Part shown: one piece after another, positions 24,462 through 36,197 of the stretch
Layout of the letters: every line of letters begins with the position of its first letter
Numbering within the stretch: position 1 is the first letter of the stretch
Assembly: GCF_000143415.4 (NCBI RefSeq)
Contig: NW_003314295.1
Coordinates: 682,019 to 746,018 of the forward strand
DNA: 64,000 nt
Source: Selaginella moellendorffii
Lineage: Eukaryota; Plantae; Lycopodiophyta
Direction: 5' to 3'
Translations under genes and position numbers: made by a program
Notes under the pieces: model-generated
What the model was told of the DNA's origin: nothing
The model's input: the letters and a program-made list of their open reading frames with translations, nothing else
The model's database searches: none

Positions 24462-26028
24462 ATGGACCTTGTCACCGCTTTCATTGTGCTCCTCGCGATC
24501 TTGCTCCCGATTCTTCGAGGCCTTTTTCGGCGGTCGCGGTTACCACCATCACCATCTGTCGGACTACCACTAATCGGCCACCTCCATCTCCTGGGAAGAA
24601 TGCCTCACCAATCCCTCCAAGCACTGGCCAAGAAGCACGGCTCCATTCTCTTCCTGCGACTTGGGATTATCCCTGCTGTGGTGGTTTCTAGCGTTGATCT
24701 GGCAAAAGAAGTACTCAAGAATCAGGATTTGACATTTGCTTCCAGGCCTTACTTTCTTGTCGGAGAGGATGTTGGCTACCACTTCATGGGGATGTCCCTC
24801 GCAGGTTACGGTGATCACTGGAAGAAGTTGCGGAAACTCTACACTTTGGAGCTCTTCACCGCTAAAAGGATTGATTCTTTCCTCTCGCTGCGCTTGGAGG
24901 AGCTCTCTCACATGCTGTCAGCGGTGTTGTATGCACACGAAAAGAATCAGGCCGTAAACATGAGGAACCTCTTGACATGTTTTACCTTCAACACCATCAC
25001 CCGGATCTTGATGAACAAGAGGTACTTCCAGCACCAAGGAGAGGAGTTGCAAGGCATTGATTCCAGCGAAGCTAGTGTTTTCAAGGCCGTCTTGAGCGAG
25101 ATCACAGAGATCTCCCTGCAGTTTCACATCAGCGAGTTTGTTCCAGCCTATCTCAGGTGGATGGACTTGAGCGTTTATCACATGAGGAGGCTGCACGCTG
25201 ACCAGGACAAGTTTCTGCAAAAGATTGTCGATGAACATAAGTACGAGAAAAACAAATCCTCAAAGAAAGACTTCATAAACCTCATGCTAGAGCTTTTAAA
25301 TGGGGATCCCAAAGGCGACGACATGATCAAAGCTGCAATGACAGTAAGCCGAAGGCAATATTTTAGTCTCAAAACCAGGAACTTATTAAACTTACTTGCA
25401 GGAGCTTGTGTCAGCCGGAACAGAAACATCAGCAACTACTGTCGAGTGGACCTTCGGAGAGATCCTCCACCGTGCTCCACACGTCTTGACCAAAGCTCAT
25501 GAGGAGCTCGACTCCGTTGTTGGACGCTCCCGGATGGTGGACGAGGCCGATCTTCCACGCTTGCCTTATCTCCAAGCCATTATCAAGGAAGCATTTCGAC
25601 TCCATGTCCCTGTTCCACTGCTTGTGCCTCACATGTCGATGCACGAGGCCAGTCTAGATGGCTATCACGTTCCAAAAGGAGCCACGACCATCGTCAACGC
25701 TTACGCCATCGGACGAGATCCAGCACTGTGGGACAAGCCCCTCGAGTTTCGCCCGGAGAGATTCCTTGGCAGTTCCATGGACGTCAAAGGTCAGGATTTT
25801 GAGCTGCTTCCGTTCGGCTCCGGACGAAGAGCTTGTCCGGGAATGGGCCTCGGACTTAAAACTGTTCAGCTGGCTCTGGCAAACTTGATCCACGGCTTCG
25901 ACTGGAAAGCTAGCGGGCAGAATGCGCTCGAGGAAGCTGCTGGTGCCGTCATCTGGTTGAAGACGCCGCTTGAAGCAGTGGGTTCTCCTAGACTTCAAGT
26001 TGAGGTGCTCACCTCCTGTCATATTTGA
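24462..26028 (+). CDS. Cytochrome P450, CYP71 clan (A-type), 2 exons (intron 25344-25401)
   Basis: Membrane anchor, LPPSP..PLIGHLHLL, I-helix AGTETS, KEAFR, PERF, heme motif FGSGRRACPG; GT-AG 58-nt intron. Confidence 0.96.
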
Positions 26029-26211
26029 TTTGATAAATTCAGATATCAACTACAATCAAAATGCTACCTGTTTACTTCGTCGTCATTTTGTGTTGAGTTG
26101 CGTACGTGCCGGAGATCAGCTGCACCGAATCGGGCAAAGTTACATGGAAGAGCCGAGGTTTTGCTGTTCTTCGCGGCATTCACGACAGAAAGCAGCTTGT
26201 ACGACCGTCTT

Positions 26212-28725
26212 CTAGCAATGTCGTCTCCTCGTCAGCTCCAAAACTTTCTTTTGCTCTTGCCACATCCCAGCACTGCCGTACAGATTCGCCATCAAAGAGT
26301 ATGCTGCCGGATGCTGAGTATCAGTCTCCAAAAACTTGTCAAACGCAACCTTCCCCATTTCCAGATCTTTCCACTTCAAGCAAGCGCCTAAGATGGTCGT
26401 CCAAGTAACGGCAGTTGCAGGAAAAGGCATTCTCTTCGCAGCTTCTGTAGCATCCTGTACCATATTAGCTCGTCCCAGCATGTCGATGAAACAATGATAG
26501 TGCTCGATCCCAGGTTGAATGCCAAACTCCCCAGATGCCATCCTTCGGAACAGCCTTTTTCCTTTCTCCACAAGACCAGCGCGGCTGCAGGCACTCAGGA
26601 CGCACAGCAATGCGACTCCATCGACACCACCATCTTCTTTGGCCACCATCTCCTGAAAAAACTGTAGAGCCTGCTCCGTATCACCAGCAGAACTGTATCC
26701 AGCCAAGAGAGCGCTCCAAGTCACCGAGTCCGTGTTCTTCATCGAATCGAAAGCTCGACGAGCTTTGCTGGTGCTGCCGCACTTCCCGTAGAAGTCCACT
26801 AGACCAGTAGCAACAAACTCTTCGTCCTCGAGTCCGTTCCTGCAAATCTCTGCGTAAATTGCTGTCCCTTCTTCAAGAGCCGCCAGCTCTCCACAGGCCA
26901 TGAGCAGAGCGACACAAGTCCGGCTGTTTGGCACAAACCGACCTTCCTCCCGCATTTGCTGGTACGCTGCAAGAGCCAGCTCCGCCTCACCATTCCCTGC
27001 ATAGCCTACGATCAGCCCATTCCAAGCCACTAAGTCGTGAAAGGTCATCTTCTCGAAAACTGCTCGCGCGCTGATCATGCTTCCACACTTTCCAAACATC
27101 TCCACCAGTGCGCTGGCAACGAACACATGCACATCGAATCCACCTTTCTTGGCCTGTGAGTATATATCCGTTGCCTTCTGTAGCCACTCTACTTTCACCA
27201 CCCTTCCGTTGATTCTCTCCCCTTCCACTTTTCCTGCTAGTCGACCACAAGCCATTGCTGCTGCTACAAAGGTGCCACCATTCGGTGTACAGCCTTCGCC
27301 TTGCATACGCTCAAACAGCTTCCAGGCCATCTCTGCGTCTCCGTTTACCAAGCACCCCAGAATGATAACATTCCACGAGACCACATCTCGTTGAGCCATC
27401 TGCTCGAAAACTCTGCGAGAGTCTTCCAGGCTCCCACACTTTGCATACATGTCCACCATCGTGTTCGCGACCCGTAAGTGCGAGCTGAATCCCTGCTTTG
27501 CAGCCTCTGTATGTAACTTTCTCCCAACTTCAAGCATGACCTGTTGGTTGTTCTGGTGCCCAGCAAGATTCCCACAAGCCACCATCACTGCAACGAAAGT
27601 ACGAGAATCTGGCAAGCAGCCTTCGTCCTTCATCCGCTCAAAAAGTTCCAAAGCCACTTCAGCCTCGTTACTCTCCGCATACCCCAAGATCAGCGCGGTC
27701 CAGGACACAACGTCGTGACGAGGCATGCTCTCAAAGACCGCAAAGGCATCCTTCAAGCTGCCACACTTGACGTACATGTCGATCAAGCTGCATGAAACGA
27801 ACAAGTTTGAGCAACAACCACTAGTTGAAGCCTGGACGTGTACCTCTTTTCCTCTCTCCATGCTTCCAGCCTTGACAAGCTTCCCGTTAAGTCTCTTCCC
27901 TTCTTCTTTGTCTGCCAAGTTACCACAAGCCATGAGCGCAGCGACAAAAGTTCGAGTATCTGCTTCCAGTTCCAGTGATGCCATGACAGAAAATAAATCC
28001 AACGCTAGCTCGCTCTCCCCGTTATCCACATATCCTTGTAGCAGTGCATTCCATGCTACAAGATCAGGTGACGGCATCTTGTCGAAGGCCATACGAGCGT
28101 CCACCATGCTGCCACACTTCGCGTACGTAGTAACGAGCATACTTCCAATGAAGACGTCCGAGCGATAGTTATTTGATAGAGCTTGAGAGTGAATCGCCAT
28201 TCCCTTCTGTAAGCATCCCATCTTCACAAGCTTCCCACCGACTTCCATGGCTTCTTCCTTTGTCGCCCAGCTGGAACAGGCCATCAGTGCAGGAAGATAC
28301 GTTCGAGCGTTTGGTTCGCTGCCTTCTCGTCTCATATCTTCAAAGAGCTGGAGAGCAACTTCACACTCTCCATTGACTGCGTAGCCAGCTATGAGCGTGT
28401 TCCACGATACGACACTGTGAACCGGCATCTGGTGAAACACCTTGTGAGCTTCCGGCATGTTCCCACATTTCGCATACATGTTCACCAATGAGTTCCCCAG
28501 TGATGTATTCCACGGAAAGAGGCCGCTCTTCAAAACAGTTGCATGAATTTCCTGGCCACCTTTTATGTCCTTCGAGCGGCCGCATGCTTTCAGGGCAGCC
28601 ATCAGACTGCAGGCATCCACTGCCACCTTCTGGTCTTCGGGAGCCTTCGCAAAAGGCAAGGAACTGGAACATCTTGATGATAGTTTTTGCTTGTAAACCC
28701 TCGTCCGACAGGTGAGCCGATACAT
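26212..28725 (-). CDS. PLS-class PPR protein with E domain, no DYW
   Basis: Repeated LVxMYAKCGS..A...F..M...DVVSW motifs; HYHCFIDMLGRA; E-type C-terminus. Exact start uncertain. Confidence 0.93.
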   Translation of the reverse strand: MYRLTCRTRVYKQKLSSRCSSSLPFAKAPEDQKVAVDACSLMAALKACGRSKDIKGGQEIHATVLKSGLFPWNTSLGNSLVNMYAKCGNMPEAHKVFHQMPVHSVVSWNTLIAGYAVNGECEVALQLFEDMRREGSEPNARTYLPALMACSSWATKEEAMEVGGKLVKMGCLQKGMAIHSQALSNNYRSDVFIGSMLVTTYAKCGSMVDARMAFDKMPSPDLVAWNALLQGYVDNGESELALDLFSVMASLELEADTRTFVAALMACGNLADKEEGKRLNGKLVKAGSMERGKEVHVQASTSGCCSNLFVSCSLIDMYVKCGSLKDAFAVFESMPRHDVVSWTALILGYAESNEAEVALELFERMKDEGCLPDSRTFVAVMVACGNLAGHQNNQQVMLEVGRKLHTEAAKQGFSSHLRVANTMVDMYAKCGSLEDSRRVFEQMAQRDVVSWNVIILGCLVNGDAEMAWKLFERMQGEGCTPNGGTFVAAAMACGRLAGKVEGERINGRVVKVEWLQKATDIYSQAKKGGFDVHVFVASALVEMFGKCGSMISARAVFEKMTFHDLVAWNGLIVGYAGNGEAELALAAYQQMREEGRFVPNSRTCVALLMACGELAALEEGTAIYAEICRNGLEDEEFVATGLVDFYGKCGSTSKARRAFDSMKNTDSVTWSALLAGYSSAGDTEQALQFFQEMVAKEDGGVDGVALLCVLSACSRAGLVEKGKRLFRRMASGEFGIQPGIEHYHCFIDMLGRANMVQDATEAAKRMPFPATAVTWTTILGACLKWKDLEMGKVAFDKFLETDTQHPAAYSLMANLYGSAGMWQEQKKVLELTRRRHC

Positions 28726-29065
28726 TAGAAGTCATCTTCAGGCTGCAGCTTAGGCCATCTGAAACATAAAGAGCTTAGGCACGGATCAATTTGACCCAGG
28801 CTTACAAAACGTACTGTGTTGTACTCGGGAAATAGTTCCTGGACGAACGTCTAAGGTAATCTTCGAACAATCTATTCGTTTTGAGAAGCTGAAAAGAGAG
28901 CAAACACATTAAAGCTAGCATGGATTCGCTGCCTAAATTTCTAAGTCACGCCAAGAGTATATACCTCTGCTGTTACTTTTGTTAATGCTCGCTAAGTGGA
29001 GGACCGTTGGGGGGCCGGGAGCTTCATATATGTTCGAGCACTTTCCCTCTCTCCGAGCAAGGAAA

Positions 29066-30208
29066 ATGGCCGCCCCAAGGGAATGGATCCTCGCTCTCGT
29101 CCTGCTCATAATCGTCAATCTCTCCCTCAAAGGTATGAATCGAAAGAACGTACCACCTTGAGATTCTCTAAAGCGCTCCTCCATTCCAGCGTCCTCCACC
29201 AGCAGCATCGGCGTCAACTACGGAAGAATGAGCGATAATCTCCCATCCCCAGCCCAGGCAGCACAGCTCCTGATCCAGCACGGGATCACGAAGGTAAAGC
29301 TCTACGACGCTGATCCATCGGTGATCTCCGCCTTCGCCAGCACTGGAATCCAGATCGCCGTATCGATGTACAACGAAGTAATCTGGCAGCTGGCCTCGAG
29401 CCAAGAACAAGCCGATAGCTGGCTCGCCTCTGCGATTCTCCCTCACCTGGCGGCTAACGCAAGCATTGAGATGATCCTGCTCGGCAACGAGGTACTCACC
29501 CGCGCAGATCCAGCGCTGGCGCCCCAGCTCGTCCCGGCAATGCGAAATCTCCACAAAACCCTAGTCACCAGGGGCCTGGATTCCAGAATCAAGCTGACAA
29601 CGAGCCACGCGATGGACGTCCTGGATTTCTCGCGCTCTTTCCCGCCCTCGGCTGGTATATTCCGCCCCGGCATGGAGGAGACGATGAAGCCCCTCTTGGA
29701 CTTCCTGGCGGAGACCTCCTCCCCGTTCCTGATCGATGCTTACCCCTATTTCGCGTACAGGGACGACAAGGGGGAGCATATCGATCTGGAGTTTGCGCTT
29801 CTCGACCCCAACTCATCTGGGACCACGGATTGGATCACTGGATTGCACTACCCGACGATGCTCGACGCCCAGGTGGACACAATCTATGCCGCGATGGGCA
29901 GGCTGGGCTATGGCAACGGCGAGGTTCGTGTCATTGTTGGCGAGACTGGGTGGCCATCGGCAGGCGACGAGAGGAATTTCGGGGCTGGGATGGAGAATGC
30001 GAGGAAATTCGTGCAAAATCTCGTACGTAGGCAGCAGCAGGGACTAGGAACGCCATTGCATCCACAAGTTTCCATTGAATCATACATCTTTGCGCTGTTC
30101 AACGAGGATTTGAAGCAGGGGAGCACAGCAGAGCGCAACTTTGGCCTCTTCTATCCCAACATGACACAAGTGTATAGCGTAGAGTTTTCTTTAAACATGT
30201 TTAAATAA
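29066..30208 (+). CDS. Glucan endo-1,3-beta-glucosidase (GH17), 2 exons (intron 29133-29189)
   Basis: Signal-peptide exon MAAPREWILALVLL; SIGVNYG, KVKLYDADP, LGNE, AYPYFAY, GETGWPS, YIFALFNE, ERNFGLF. Confidence 0.95.
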
Positions 30209-30593
30209 ACTGGTAATGAATATTCTTAATATATCCTTATAAAAGATAAACTGACTAAGATAAATAATATCATTTTAAAAATCTAATGAACTAGAATTAC
30301 AATAATATATAACACTGTTCAAAACATAAGACTAAGTTTTAATGTAGCTAATTTTTTGTAAAAGAAATTAGTTACCTTTTAATTTTTTCTCAGAAAATTT
30401 ATTTATTTTTCATTGATTTACAATTTCAAAATCAAGAATTGATTTTTAAAGTTTTAAAATTTCAATTTTCAAAATTTTTTACTCTACCTAACAACTAAAA
30501 CTTTTAATCTTTTACTTGTTATATACAGTGAAAAATAAATTGAAAATTAAAATGTTTTAACTTTTAAAACTAAAAGATTAAAAATTTTAGTTG

Positions 30594-33500
30594 TGTGAGG
30601 GCCAAATGTATGGCTACGATGCCGTATACTAATATTAGCGTAGTGGGATTTTGGTAGCCGTCAGATTGGTTTCAATCCAGACCACTTGCTCCTATATATA
30701 AGCTAAAGTTTTTGGGCTAATGGATATGCACATTTCTGTATTCCCTTTCCATATTCCATGCACTCACATTGATGGAAATGAGGGGCACCTTTGATTGTCC
30801 CTAGGGGGAGTGTTTGGATTTGGGATTTTAGTTTAAATTTAGCTTTTGCATCATTTAGATTTAGCATTTTCCATTTCCTTTCTTTTGTTTTTTCCTTTTA
30901 AGATTTTGGTTTAGATCTAGCTTTTTGCATTGTCTAGATCTACTATTTCTTTCCAGCTTTTTGTCATTTCTCTTCTTTTGCTCTTTCTTTTTTGTTCATC
31001 TTTATGGCAGATCAGCAATGTCCTCCTTTGACTTTTAGAGTAGCAGTTGGTTCAATTGCTTAATGCTATGCGCTTGCAATTGACCAACCAAACTCAATTG
31101 ATGGCGGCATTCATGGCACGTGGTCCAACTTCTTCTGCTCTTGGTGCCAATCCTCGCGTTTGGCCGGAGTTCTTTCGTGGGAATCCTGGGGATGATGTGT
31201 ACCATTGGTTCGATCACTTCACAGTGATTGCCACATATCATTCTTAGGATGATGCTTGACGTTTGCGTGAGTTCCCTACGTGTCTCCAAGAGACGGCGTT
31301 GTAGTGGTACAATGGATTGAGCGCAGCCACTTGTGGGGATTGGAGTGTTCTTCCGGATGTTTTCAAACGCGCCTTTGGACATGTCGATGATTGTGATGAT
31401 GCTTTCCAACAATTGCATCGTCTTCGCCAAGGGCCATCAGAGTTAGTGATGCAACTTAGCGTTCGTTTCCGAAGTCTTTTGCTTCGTGCGAAGCCTAATA
31501 TGTCGGAGCGGATCAAGCTAGGAATGTTGTGGCCAACACTTCGTCAAGATCTTGTCGGACTTGTGCATGCACTTGCTCCTGCCACTCTTGACGATGCTCT
31601 TTGCTTGGCACAATGTTATGAGACGTCGCCTCTTCCACTTCTCGTTGCACGTTCTTCAGCTCCACTTCCTATGGGTGATGGTCCTGTTCCAATGGAGGTT
31701 GATGCTACTGCTACTCGAGTCCAAGGACAAGGGCGAGGACGTGGTCGTGGCCATGATGTTCGTTGCAGGGCGTGTGATGAAGTTAGTCATACTTATCAGT
31801 GTTGTTTGCGCTTTCCGAATTGGTGACCTCCATTTCCTGGGTGGAGACCTTGGCGTCAGCAACGTCCCCTTGGTGCTACTGCAGTGGAAGGTTTGGACAC
31901 CGAGGTGCATCCGGGAAATGAGGAGTCACACGAGTAATGGAGGGACCTTGCGCGAATAAGTTAATGACCCCTCCATCTTTCTTTCGGGAGTATCATCAAG
32001 GGGTTCCTTTGGCACCGATTCATCCAGTGTTTACTTTCCAAGCTCGTTTTTATAACAAAAGGTCTTCTATTATTCTCTCTGTGTTAGTTGATACAGGTTA
32101 GAGTTTATCTTCTATTGCTAGACCTGTTGCCACACGTTGTCGTCTACACTTGCGTCGTGCAGCGGATCTGGTTTTCATTCTTTATGGCAACGGCCGTACA
32201 CATGCATGTGCACAGGATGAGGCAGACCTAGTTGTGCGTGTGGGTGATCTCAAGCTTGAGTTGCAGTTATTGCAAGTGGTGCCGAGTCAAGCTTTTGACC
32301 TCATTTTTGGTATGGATTGGTTGCAGCACAATCATGCTAAGTGTGACTTTGAGGCTTCTCCCCCTTATCTCATACTTCCTTATGTTTCATCCATTCCTCT
32401 CACTTTTGTACCTCTTCGTCCCTTTACTTCTACCTTTGCTTCCATTACTTTTGTTCCCCCACTATTTCCTTCTGTGTTTCCATCTTGTTTTGCTCTTCCC
32501 TTTTCCGATCCCTCCGACGATCTTTGTGTTGTAGCGGTTGACTGGCTCATGAAGGAGTATTCTGATCTCTTTGAATTTGACCTATCGTCCGGGGCCAAGA
32601 TTGCCACACATCATCCGATTCCAACCGGGGATGCTCGTCCAATCAAGGTTCCTGTTCGTCATCAGTCACCCAAGGAGATCAAGGTTTTACGTGCAAACGT
32701 CAAGGAGATGTTGGAGAAGGGTGTTATTCGAAAGTCATGGAGTCCTTGGGCATGTGAACCTCATCTTGTGACGAAGCCTGATGGGAGTATTTATTTTTGC
32801 ATTGACTATTGTCTGTTAAATGAAGTGACGATCCCGGATGTGTACCCTCTTCCTCACACTGCTGATCTTTTGGATCGTCTGGGGCAAAGTCGTTGGTTCA
32901 TTGAGCTAAATCTTGGTTCTGGGTACTAGCAAGTACCGATGGCTGAAGAAGATATTCCTAAGACTGCTTTTTGTACACCATTTGGTTTGTACAAGTTCTT
33001 GGTGATGCCATTTGGTTTGAACAATGCTCCAACGACTTTCCAGCAGATGATGGACGAGGTTCTTTGCGATATACCAGAGGTGATTACTGACTTCATTAAT
33101 GATGTCTTGATCCACTCGGAGAGGACGTGGGAGGAGCACATTTGTGATGTTTGTAAAGTGTTAGATCGGCTACGTGATATTGGTTTAAAGCTGAAGCGGT
33201 CGAAGTGCGTGTTTGGGTCCAAAGACACAACTTATCTTGGGTACCGTATTTCTCGTGAGAGTTTGGAAGTTGATCTTGACAAACTTGTGGCTATTCTAAA
33301 GTTCCCTACTGCGAAGTGTGTGAATGATGTGCAACGCTTCTTGTTGGGCAACGTGCAGTATCTTGATTGTTTTGTGGATCATCTTTTTGATCACATTGCA
33401 CCATTGTGAGTGTTGTTGAAGTCATCAACATCATCTTTCATCTGGTCTCCAGATTGTGAGCGGGCGTTCAGGGATCTCAAAGAGCTGTTGACAACTCCTC

Positions 33501-35597
33501 TGGTTTTGGCATATCCTAACTACACTCGACCTTTTATTTTGCACGTGGATGCTTCTAACATTGGTCTTGGAGTTGTGTTGATGCAAGAGAGCTCGAGTGT
33601 GCCTGGTCAGTGCCATCCCATTGCGTATATATGCCGTACATTACAACTAGCGGAGATGAATTACTTCACGACAAAGAAGGAGTGTTTAGCAGTAATTTAG
33701 GGTTTCGAGAAACTTCATGCATATCTACATGGTTCTCGGACATTATTTGAAGGTGACCATGCTACTGTTACTTCATTATTGAAGCGGAAGAACCTAGTTG
33801 GTCATACTGCTTGATGGGCTTTGAAGCTTTAGATATATGATTTTGATGTGGTTCATTGCCCATGGAGTTCTATTACTGATGTTGATGCCCTTTTTCGAGC
33901 TCCTCTTCCTTTTGCACTCTCTTCTCATGTTTCTAATGAGCCTATTGTTCCAGCATTTGTAGATTTTCTAGACGAGAATTTTGTGTTAACAGTAGTTGCC
34001 GTACTTGACGTTTAGTGTCCACAAGGCGCAAAGAAAGATCTACCTTCTCTTGATGAGGTTTGCGAGGCTCAAAAGGTTGAGGCGTGGATTCGAAGGCTTC
34101 AAGATGGGTTTGAGAATCCTGCATCATTTGCTAATGACTTATCTTTTCGGCATTTACATTCTCAATATCACCTTGAAGACAACCTTCTTTATTTTGTGGG
34201 GACGGATCCTAATGATCATTTACGGCTGGTCGTGCCTTCTATCTTTATTCTCCGGTTTCTCCATGATTACCATGAATCTCCTATTCTAAGTGGGCATATA
34301 GGACATCGTCGTGTGACTGAGAAGCTGCGCAGGTCTTTTTATTGGCTAAAGATGCAACATGATATTATTCGGTATATGTGTAGCTACGTTTGGTGCCAAG
34401 CTTATAATACTCCCCCGCGTGCCGCAGAAAGATGGTTAGAGTCGATTGCAGTTTCCCGTCCGTTTGAGTTGGTGGCCTTTGATCTTATGGGACCTTTTCC
34501 ATGATTGACTGCTGGTAATGAGTATATTATTATTGTTTCTGATTACTTGACTTGTTGGGTGGAAGTTGGTGCTCTTGCTAACGCCTTTGCAACTGCTGTT
34601 GGATACTTCCTCCTCAATCAAGTGGTGTTCCAACATTCTTGTCCAAAGCGGATTCTTTCAGATAATGGTCCCGCATTTATGGCTGAGGCATTTTATGTTT
34701 TAATGTCTCGGTTGGAGATATGCCACACTTTTACTAATGCTTATCATCCACAGTCAGATGGTTTGGTGAAATGACTTATTCGGATGTTTAAAGGGATGAT
34801 CACGAAGTATGTGAATTTTCAGCATTCGGATTGGGATGGTTATTTACCTTCTCTTCGATATGCATATGTCACAGGGGTGTAGAGTTCTATTGGTGCTTCA
34901 CCATAAAAACTCCTATATGGTCATAATCCAATATTACCAACGGAGTTGGGTTTACCTTCGTGATTGCCACAAGCTACTGATGCTAGGTCATGGGATTAGT
35001 ATTTGACGAGCATTCTTTCACTTGTCTGAGCAGAGTCTGCTGAACACTTAGGCCGTGTACAAGTGGGACAACAACGGCGCTACAACTCCCATCATCGTTC
35101 ACCTACAGAGTACAAAGTGGATGACTTGGTGTTGGTCTATTTTCTGCATCTTACGGTACGTGGTTTATCTAAGGGGCTCTTTGCTCAGTGGAAAGGACCG
35201 TATCAAGTGTTGCGGCAAGTGAAACCATAAGTTTATGAAGTTCAGCATGACGTCCACAATCCTCTAGAGATTGTGCATGTGCAGCAGTTGAAACTCTTCA
35301 TACAAAGGGATCAAGAGCAGTTAATACCACCTAGAAATCGATTAATGCCTCCTCCTGATGTTCCTCTAGATCCTGGCCCATCTATAAAAGAACCCTAATG
35401 GTCTTCCATTATTCCAAGAGGAGGGGATGATGTGAAGGCCAAGTGTACGACTATGATGCCGTATACTAATATTAGTATAGTGGGATTTTGGTAGCTGGTG
35501 GATTAGTTTCAATCCGGACCACTCGCTCCTATATATAAGCTAAGGTTTTTGGGTTAATTGATATGCATATTCCCTTTCCATATTCCATGCACTTACA
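30594..35597 (+). mobile_element. Full-length degenerate Ty3/gypsy element with short LTRs (copy 1)
   Basis: LTRs 30594-30768 and 35431-35597; PBS-like tgatggaaatgagggg; PPT agaggaggggatga; gag (PVPMEVD, knuckle remnant), RT (KTAF, MPFGLNNAP), RH (LHVDAS), IN (AFDLMGP, LSDNG); many stops. Confidence 0.93.
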
Positions 35598-36109
35598 CAT
35601 CTAGTAATTTATAATTTTATTTTTATTATTTAACATTTTATAGTATTGTAAGGATGGATTCTCAACATGCTGTCTATGGTAAATTAATATATGTTGGTGT
35701 TGATAACTTGATATACTTTTAATATTTTCCTATTAAAAAGCTTCAGTTCCACATGAAAAGTATTTAGCTTGGAGAAAGCATTCTCCAAAACAAAATATAT
35801 TTACTGAAAGGAAAAGCAGAAAGGTTCCATTGATCAAAGCAAGAAGAGAAAGAAAAACATAAAAAAACCGATCACCCATTTTCTTTGTTGGTATTCAACA
35901 AAATCTTGGAAGCATTGTCTGCATAACTCTCAATCCTGAAAATTTAAACAAACAAGAGATGGGATGTACTCGACACCCTTCTCCTTTGCTAGCTTTAACA
36001 AGTTCCTAAGCAAAAACGCAGCAAAACTTCATCGTTCTTACTTCAACTGTTTTTTCTTACTTGAATTTGCAAACTACGCAGCACATTCTTCTTCACCTTA
36101 AAGTGGGAC

Positions 36110-36197
36110 TATGGTATCTGCTGCACAGGCAGCTGGAAGCCCCTGGAAGCATTGTAGGGCCTTCCAGCTGCCTGTGCCACAGATTATTCACACCATA
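36110..36197. other. Near-perfect fold-back hairpin (pre-miRNA-like)
   Basis: Arms 36123-36144 and 36156-36177 pair at 21/22 positions around an 11-nt loop; atctg/cagat and tatggt/accata extend the stem. Confidence 0.6.
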
